Origin: Octopus sinensis
Lineage: Eukaryota
Direction: 5' to 3'
Assembly (NCBI RefSeq): GCF_006345805.1
Contig: NC_043003.1
Location: forward strand, 39,556,001 to 39,620,000
DNA: 64,000 bases
Positions 52,099 to 62,000 of this stretch are shown piece after piece. Below the pieces are notes generated by a model. The model had not been told where the DNA came from. It searched no databases and saw only the letters and a program-made list of their open reading frames with translations. Every line of letters starts with the position of its first letter. Position 1 is the stretch's first letter. Both the position numbers and the translations under genes were made by a program.

Positions 52099-52771
52099 AG
52101 GGAGTGATGGAAAGTTCCTGGTTTTAAGGGTATCATAAAAGGCCTGACCACTGCAATAAGTATAAAAATCTGAGAGGGGAATATGTTGAATAAAATCATA
52201 ATTAATTGATCCTTCTGTATTCTCTTTTACCCAAAGCCATATATATATATACATAATAGATGAATTAAAATAATGGTCATTATATATTATTCCTTTATTA
52301 TAGTAAATTTGGCTTACACCTGTTTCCAGTAGTCATTATAAATAGGTTTACCCAATTAGTATATTGATAAAAAGAGGCAAATTGAAAGACCTAAGAAAAC
52401 TAATGATTTTTCTTGCAATGGCTCTGACAAAAATATTAATTTTCTTAGGTCTTTCGATTTACCTCAGTTGATCAATAGACCATTAAAGAATTGTGATGAA
52501 CCATAAATTAGTTCTTTACTAATCTGACAAATATTGTTAGCTTGGTGTGCTAACAGAGAACTTATGAAGTATTTTGCCTGGATTAATAACTTTATTTTCG
52601 TATTACATGTTGTTTACATTTTATGATGTCCCGTACCTATATATGCATACCTATACACATATGTATGTATGTATGTACATATATGGATGTATATATATGT
52701 GTATGTATATATATTATTTATATTATTATTTGATTGAATGCCATGCACCCATTTCCAAGTAAGTTTATCTT

Positions 52772-52820
<49 letters not shown>

Positions 52821-53064
52821 TATATATATGTACAAAAAGGAGGCGAGCTGGCAGAATCGTTAGCACACCGGGCGAAATGCTTTGCGGTATTTCGTCTGCC
52901 GCTACGTTCTGAGTTCAAATTCCGCCGAGGTCGACTTTGCCTTTCATCCTTTCGGGGTCGATTAAATAAGTACCAGTTACGCACTGGGGTCGATGTAATC
53001 GACTTAATCCCTTTGTCTGTCCTTGTTTGTCCCCTCTGTGTTTAGCCCCTTGTGGGCAATAAAG

Positions 53065-53099
<35 letters not shown>

Positions 53100-53770
53100 A
53101 GGGAGTGATGGAAAGTTCCTGGTTTTAAGGGTATCATAAAAGGCCTGACCACTGCAATAAGTATAAAAATCTGAGAGGGGAATATGTTGAATAAAATCAT
53201 AATTAATTGATCCTTCTGTATTCTTTTACCCAAAGCCATATATATATATACATAATAGATGAATTAAAATAATGGTCATTATATATTATTCCTTTATTAT
53301 AGTAAATTTGGCTTACACCTGTTTCCAGTAGTCATTATAAATAGGTTTACCAAATTAGTATATTGATAAAAAGAGGCAAATTGAAAGACCTAAGAAAACT
53401 AATGATTTTTCTTGCAATGGCTCTGACAAAAATATTAATTTTCTTAGGTCTTTCGATTTACCTCAGTTGATCAATAGACCATTAAAGAATTGTGATGAAC
53501 CATAAATTAGTTCTTTACTAATCTGACAAATATTGTTAGCTTGGTGTGCTAACAGAGAACTTATGAAGTATTTTGCCTGGATTAATAACTTTATTTTCGT
53601 ATTACATGTTGTTTACATTTTATGATGTCCCGTACCTATATATGCATACCTATACACATATGTATGTATGTATGTACATATATGGATGTATATATATGTG
53701 TATGTATATATATTATTTATATTATTATTTGATTGAATGCCATGCACCCATTTCCAAGTAAGTTTATCTT

Positions 53771-53814
<44 letters not shown>

Positions 53815-54594
53815 ATATGTGCACATAAAGGTGTAACAAGTTGGAAAAAAACAATACTCGAATACAGGAAACAAAACCATTTTCAAACGTGTATCTATCA
53901 AAGTAATTGTACATAACCTTATTTTGTTCCACTCAAAACAAAACTCTGACGAACAGGAATGAGAAATTTTGAATAACAGTTTTTCGATGGAGTGTATATG
54001 TATATATATATATATATCATTTAGGCATAGCGATACTAATAATCTGATGTTAGAATTCAGTATCCATAGGCTTCAGAATGAAGTGTCAGTTGAGTATAGA
54101 GAGATAATAAGAAATTAGGATGACAAAGGAATAATCAATTATGTTATGAATTTTATTAGCTTACAGCTGTTCCTGCTATAGAATGCAATGCATACACATA
54201 CATATCCAATACACATACTACACACACACACAAACACACACACACACACACACAAAACATGTAAGTAAAGTTCTTCCTTACTTTCTGGCCTGTACAAATC
54301 CCATGGAGTATAGCACAATTTCACCAATGAGTGCATAGTCTGGTACCATCATTGCAACTGTACGGAACAGTACCTGAAATAGCCAAGATTATTTGAGAAG
54401 ATTTAAGTTTTTCTTTACGATAGACACTCCCCCACAATTTTCTATCCATTTAATGGGAACTAGGCTCTTTCAACAAAATCAAACATAACATGTATCAAGG
54501 AAATGGTTTTGCAGCATTACATACTCTCTACTTACATATGAACACAAGTCCCTAAAGTCATCACAAACATAAGGGACACATTCTTCAAAACCAG

Positions 54595-54646
<52 letters not shown>

Positions 54647-57600
54647 ATGTGTGTGTACATATGTATGTATATATAGATAGATAGATAGACAGACGGATAG
54701 ATATACATATATACATATATATATATATAAGTGGGCTGTAACCAGTCCACTTATGAGTACCCTTCATTCATTGGACAATAAACTTTGCTTGCAAAGACCT
54801 GTTGAGGCAAGTGAAATCAAAATCGCTGACGTGGCCAATGACAGTACCACCTGATTGGCATTCATGCCAGTGGAACGTTAAAAGAACCATCCAAGCATGA
54901 TCGTTGCCAGGGCCACTAACTGGTTCTCATGTTGGTGCCACGTAAAAAGCACCATTCGAGCATGATCATTGCCAGCGTCACCTTACTGGTACATGTAAAA
55001 GAACATTTGAGTGTGGTCATTGCCAGTGCTGCTGGACTGGCCCTTGTGCCAGTGGCATATAAAAGCATCCACTACACTCTCAGAGTGAAGGGCATCCAGC
55101 TGTAGAAATTTTGCCAGATCAGATTAGAGCCTGGTGCAGCCTTCTGGCTCGCCGGTTCTCAGTCAAACCATCCAACCCAAGCCAGCATGGAAGGCAGATA
55201 TTAAACGATGATGATGATGATGATGATATATATAATATGAAGGGTTTAGTTCACTTGTGATCTAAACGAAAAGGTATGCTGGGTAAGTGCTATAGTAGGT
55301 CCACCTTTATGTTCCAAGATCACCTCTAAGGCTGGTGTAGGGACCCATGCTAGGGATCTGTTATAGCAGGTATATATTATATTATAGGAAAAATCAAAAC
55401 CAAGGCAGAACAAGTATCTCAAGTCATTTATAATAATTTAATTTGAAGTCTTACAGCCGTTTCTGGGATAACCCAAATGGTAGGTTAGCATGTCCATGCA
55501 CTGAGCATTCTGTCATCTGAGACAAGGTATGAATATTTTAGACATGAAAGAATTTACAGTTTATAAGGAATAAAATTCACAGTTTGTAAGGAATAAAATA
55601 AAAGAGTAAAAGTTGTTAGAAGAATATAGGCAGGAGAATAGTGTGCACAACTCATCTTTTTCCAGAGGATATGGATGTTTGGTCAGTACTTCCATGAAGG
55701 TACAGGTCCTTAGTTAAAATCCCAGGTAAATCCAGGCAGTACTTTGAATGATGAATTCATATTGTAAATGTGTATATAGGAAGTATGATGGACATAGAAT
55801 TTTAACTAAGGACCTATACCTTCATGAAAGTACCGACCAATATATATACATACATATATATATGTATGTCTGCTACTCCAGACTGATGACGAGCAAAGAC
55901 TCAGAAACTAATCTCTGGATGCAGGCTTAGCTGGGGGGAGGTGCTTGTCTCCCCCTTGTAAACATAAGGACACAGGAAATGTGTCAAGGCCAACAGTAAG
56001 TGTTGATGTTTCCTAGGGTTAAATAGCAGTGGTGTGATTCCCTTCATGCGACTGTCACAGTAAGTTGACAGCATACAACTATTCTATCATACCACTACTG
56101 CTTATATCTCTCTGAGATATTTAGAAATGTAATATATATATATATAAAGTGGAGAAAATTGAAAACGCAAATCATAGGCAGTCAAAGAGATTCCCAAACA
56201 TATAAATGAAAATATTCAATCAAAGTAGTTGAATCATATATATTTATACCCATCAACATAAATCATGCATGTACAGGCGTAAAGATTCTCCAAGGGTATA
56301 AAGAATAAAACCAATAGAAATATAGAAGAAATATAAAAAATACATAAAAATACATATAAAATTACATATAAATAAAATTTACAAGTGAGGAGTTATGCAT
56401 GATAGATATAGGAGGTGCAAAACGAACAAGAAGTTGATAAATATAGGAATAAGAACGTCAACCTTTAAAATGGCAAACTGCCAAAAATCATCTAAAAATC
56501 ACAAATACATATAGAATATAAGACAGAAATGACGCTAGATATCAAGGTTAAGAAAGACATAAATAAAATTGGATCCAAAAATAGGAAAGTATTTTTATTC
56601 GTTTTACACCTCCTATATTTATCACGCATAACTCCTCACATGTAAATTTTATTTATATGTAATTTTTATATGTATTTTTATATTTCTTCTATATTTTTTA
56701 CGTATGTTTGGTTTTATTCTTTATACCTTTGGAGAATCTTTATGCCTGTACATGCATGATTTATGCTGATATATATAAATATATATGATTCAATTACATT
56801 TATTAAATATTTTCGTTTATGCATTCGGGAATCTGTTTGACTGCTTATGATTTGCATTTTCAGTTTTCTCTAATCTGTATTTTTTCACATTGGCAAATAT
56901 ATATATATCCTTATTTAATATCCACTTTTTCATGTTCACATAGATCAGATGGAATTTGATGGGGTAGATTTTCTACAGCCAGATGCCCTTCTTGTCATCA
57001 ACCCTCACCAGTTTCCAAAGCAGGGTAATTATTTTCCCATGCCCAAATATAGTTTCACGGAAGATTGGAAATGAAGGACACAGCTTATATGAGAGTGACA
57101 CTCATTTACAACTACCAAGGAGAGACTAACACACACACACACACGATGTGCCTCTTTCAGTTTCTGTCAGACAAATCTACTCTCAAGGCTTTGATTGACC
57201 TGGGGCTATAGTAGAAGGCACTTGGTCAAGAAGCCACATGGTGAGATTGAATCTGAAACCATGTGGTTGGGAAGCAAACTTCTTAACTACAAAGCCATGA
57301 CAGCACCTAGGCACACCTACATCTAGCCACCCCCTATGCCTGTGGCTTAAATTATATAATTCATAAATAGTCACATCACGTGATCACCTGACTGACCAGG
57401 GTATCAGAAGTTACTACACATAGCTGGTCACAATACGTTCACATTGTTTTAGCCTTCGAATGACATCACCCTGCTGGCTAAGCGAGCAGGCCAACAAAAG
57501 AAAGAGTGAGAGGAGGAGTGGTGAAAGAGTACAACAGGGATCACCACCCGCTGCCTGAGCCTCGTGGAGCTTTTTAGGTGTTTTCGCTCAATAAACACAC

Positions 57601-59039
57601 ACAACGCCCGGTCTGGGAATCGAAACCACGATCCTACGACCGCGAGTCCACTGCCCTAACCACTGGGCCATTGCGCCTCCACAAATAGTCACATAATGGA
57701 TACTAATATCTGTAAACAAGACTGCTGATAGTTTCCCCATGTAATTACTAAAAACACTGTAACATAATTAAAGTCAACTACATAACTCATCCACTAACAC
57801 ACAAAACAGCAATTACATACCTTTGAGGGAGAGCCTGTTCACATACAAACACAATAGACTTTATACTAAATGGTGAATTATGCTAACCTTGAGGTTATCT
57901 GGCAGTTCTTGACGACCAGCATAGCCAGGATTCATGGTGATAAATATAGTGCAGGTTCGATCCAGCTTCAGTTCAGTTCCTTCAAAGATGAATTTACTTT
58001 GTTGTTGTGCTATAGCCATTTGAATACTCTGGATTTGTTGTGCAACCACAGACAGTACCTCTAATTCAATACGGTTGAACTCATCAAAGCAGGCCCAGGC
58101 TCCAGATTGGGCTAAACCTTTGAAAAATTTGCCCATTGCTTGGTAATCAAGACCATCAGAACAGTTGAATACTACACACTTTTAATGAAAAGAATATAAA
58201 TTGTTTAGAATAGTATAAGACCAAATTTCATTGACTATAAACCACAATAGAATTACCTTTCTTAAGATGCATGTTTTTCAAAGAAAAATGATCCCATGAA
58301 ACCTTCCTGGGTACTTTAATCATAATTACTTTAAATATTGGTTTCAAATTTTGGCACAAGGACAATAGTTTCAGGATGGGCATAAGTCAATTATATCAGC
58401 CCCAGTGTTCAACTGGTACTTATTTTATTAACCACAAAAGGATGAAAAACAAAGTCAACCTTGATGGTATTTCAGCTCAGAACGTAAAGATGGATGGAAT
58501 ACTGCTAAGAATTTTGCCCAGCATGCTAACAATTCTGCCAGCTTGTTGCCTTAGTTGCTTTAAATATTACATGCTTTGATGCACTAAAAACAATTTTTCC
58601 TGAATAGGTGTTACTGAAATTGGGATTCATCTAATATGCTTGTGCATCTTTTATATGCCATCTAATACTATATACACAGGGTTATATACAAACATGAGAA
58701 TAATTTTCAATAGTTATAAAACATATCCGGAATTATACACACACTGATATATACATACATAACTGTATTTTCAATATCTTTAAAATATAATTGGATTATA
58801 CACTCAAAAGTTATAAAGGTATGTGTGTGTGTGTATATATAAATATATATATGTGTGTGTGTGTGTGTGTATATATACACATACATACATATATACATAC
58901 ATATATACATACATATATATACACATAGACATACATAACATACACGTATGTAATATCACCGATTTTACGTAACTAAAATGACAGCATAATTACACAGGCA
59001 GATATGTACATATAAATATATTAACTATATACATGTATA

Positions 59040-59081
<42 letters not shown>

Positions 59082-62000
59082 CATATATGTATGTGTGTAC
59101 GTATATATGTATGTATATGCATAGAGATGCATATATATGTGCACATATACTCACAGATGCATGCTCACACACCACACAACTCATGTATGCATGTTCAATA
59201 TTTATAAGGAAATCTGTCATTAATTTTAACAAAGTCCTGATCAACCAAAGTCCTATTCATTGATTTGTAGTCTAAAAGTCTGAGGATTCCACAGACACCT
59301 ATGCTTTTATATAATCTTCAAGTAATCAATGTATAATACGCTGGTCTTCAAATCATGCATACAGTTCATCTGATTAGAAGTATAGTCAAAGAAAGGCTAA
59401 ATGCTTTATGGAATAAATATTATTTATGTTGTTTTTAGAGGTGGTGCATTTGCACCAAATCAGTTCCTTGCTTACCTGTTTGCCTACAGCTTTTGCTAGA
59501 TCTTTTGATGTTTCAGTTTTGCCAGTTCCAGCTGGCCCCTCTGGTGCTCCACCCAAGTTCAGTTTTAAGGCCCCCATCAATGTCCTGTGAAAATCAAGAG
59601 TAAAAATTAGCTGGTCTCATGACAATTTTAATGATGAAAATGAGGTTGATAATGTTAACAACAACAGCATAGTGTAACACGATTTCTGTCCTTTGGTAGT
59701 GAATGTTATTTCCTATTTGCTTATCTCTAGAAACTATGGAAAACAGCTAATATTTCATTCAAACTTTGCTTTTGTTATGATATTTATTCAAACCTCAATG
59801 AATCTCCCTCAACACATGGTTATGATGCTCCTCCACTACTTCTGCTCATAATCAGAGATGCACATATTGCCAGCCACTAAGGGACATGCACAAGTGGTTA
59901 CGGTCAAGAACCTGACAAGCAAATCTGTGGTATTGACCAAAATATTTCCTATAACAATATTTCTGCTTCAGCAACTCCGTGCTGAATCTGTCTGAAATGT
60001 AATGGAAAATAGGTCAGTTTCAAAACATTGATGTCCAGATCACAAAAGCAAAGGTAATAGTAGTCATTTCCTTTGATGTCTAGATAGAAGCAAATAAGAA
60101 CTAACACTTACTGACCAAAGGCAAACAACAATAACAATTTGGTTATGCAGTGTAATGATTTGTAACATAGATACAAGACTTCAAATCTGAGTGGAAGGTT
60201 TGCTTTTCTTTTCTTGAGCCATAGTACTCATAAAGCTGGTTGGCCAATTTCCATAACAGATAAGTGACCGAGATCACAACATTCTCTGATTGGGACACTA
60301 GTCTGCTGCAGAGTTCAAGGCCAGCAATTTTTGAGGGGATAGGACAAGTCAATAAAAAAGGGTATTATAGGACCCCAGGCAAATCAATGCACTGGGTCCC
60401 ATTGTATTGGGTTGTCTGGAAAGTTTGTGCCGATTTATAGTAGCTTACCTTTCAACTTATTTTAGAACATGGTTGAGTCCATAAAATAGGATTTGACTGC
60501 ACCTCCATTTAGAGCACAGTTTAAGCTGTCTTTTCATGGAAGAACGTTTATGTTCCTATAACCTATGTTAATTCTGTAACCCTTTAAAATGGAAGATAAG
60601 AAAGTTCATTTTTGGCACTTGATAATTTGGGAACCAGACAAAAATTGCTGCAGCTCAGCTGGGATGTGTTACCCCACCCTCTATATTCACCAGATATTGC
60701 TCCACTTATTCAGGTCTCAGCAGAATAGTCTTAATGGTAAAAATTTCAATTCCTTAGATGACGTAAAAAGATACCTTGACGAATTCTTTGCTATGAAACC
60801 ACCTCAGTTCTGGAAAGAGGGTATTTTCAAGTTAAAGGAAAGATGGAGATGCATTATGCAACAAAATGGTTCATATTTGGTTGATTAAAAATGTAATGCC
60901 AAGTATTTATTAACCTTTTTCTTTCCTTTAAAAATCGGCACAAACTTTCCGGACAACCCAATATATATGACATTCCATATTCTAAATTCTTTTAAACAAG
61001 GTTAAATATGTTCCCTGAAGCAGATAAGGTCAAGGTGACCCAACAACTATATCAATCTCAATCACACAACACACCAAGAAAAGTTTTGTTGACCAAACCA
61101 TTTCTCTTCTTGAAACAACTGACACAGGTGGCTGTGTGGTAAGTAGCTTGCTTACCAACCACATGGTTCCGGGTTCAGTCCCACTGCATGGCATCTTGGG
61201 CAAGTGTCTTCTGCTATAGCCTCGGGCCGACCAATGCCTTGTGAGTGGATTTGGTAGACGGAAACTGAAAGAAGCCTGTCGTATATATGTATATATATAT
61301 ATATGTATGTGTGTGTATGTTTGCGTGTCTGTGTTTGTCCCCCTAGCATTGCTTGACAACCGATGCTGGTGTATTTACGTCCCCGTCACTTAGCGGTTCG
61401 GCAAAAGAGACCGATAGAATAAGTACTGGGCTTACAAAGAATAAGTCCCGGGGTCGATTTGCTCGACTAAAGGTGGTGCTCCAGCATGGCCGCAGTCAAA
61501 TGACTGAAACAAGTAAAAGAGTAAAAGAGAGGTATATAAAAACAGACCTTACCTGTAACATCGGTCTGTCAAGGGGGTAATGACAAGACGAGGAGTGTTT
61601 CCTAGATATTCATAACCATACCTCATCTCTGTCGTGATCATACGTACGATGACATTGTCTACCCAGTAATAACGTAACTGCGCCAACCATAAGAAATCAT
61701 GAGTGTTGTTCACATTCTGTTCACATAGTTCAGAGACAACATCTCGAGCTGTAGATACAAAAGGATAGTTGTTACTTCAAAGATAAGACAACAATAAAGA
61801 ACACATCAACTCTTAAAATTGGCATGGGTTTCATCTGTTTGCAAATTTATACATTTATAAAAAGAAAGAAAATGTTTGACGATGATGATGATGAATTTCA
61901 ATGTTGTTTTCCCTCTTACACACACATACATGCACCTCATTCTCTTCTCATATATGCAAATGCTCGGTTTGGCTTTCACTTACACATCCAAATGTTCCCC

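Noticed and set aside
23490-54170. GAAAC-AACT-GTA (about 23495) and GGAAC-AGCT-GTA (about 54155) on the minus strand
   Set aside because: Only 3' halves of hammerhead-like ends; the catalytic CUGANGA is missing
46860-57682. tRNA genes at SINE heads (47130-47200, 57610-57682, 6995-7065)
   Set aside because: A and B boxes are present, but there is no complete acceptor stem; they run into SINE bodies with TSDs
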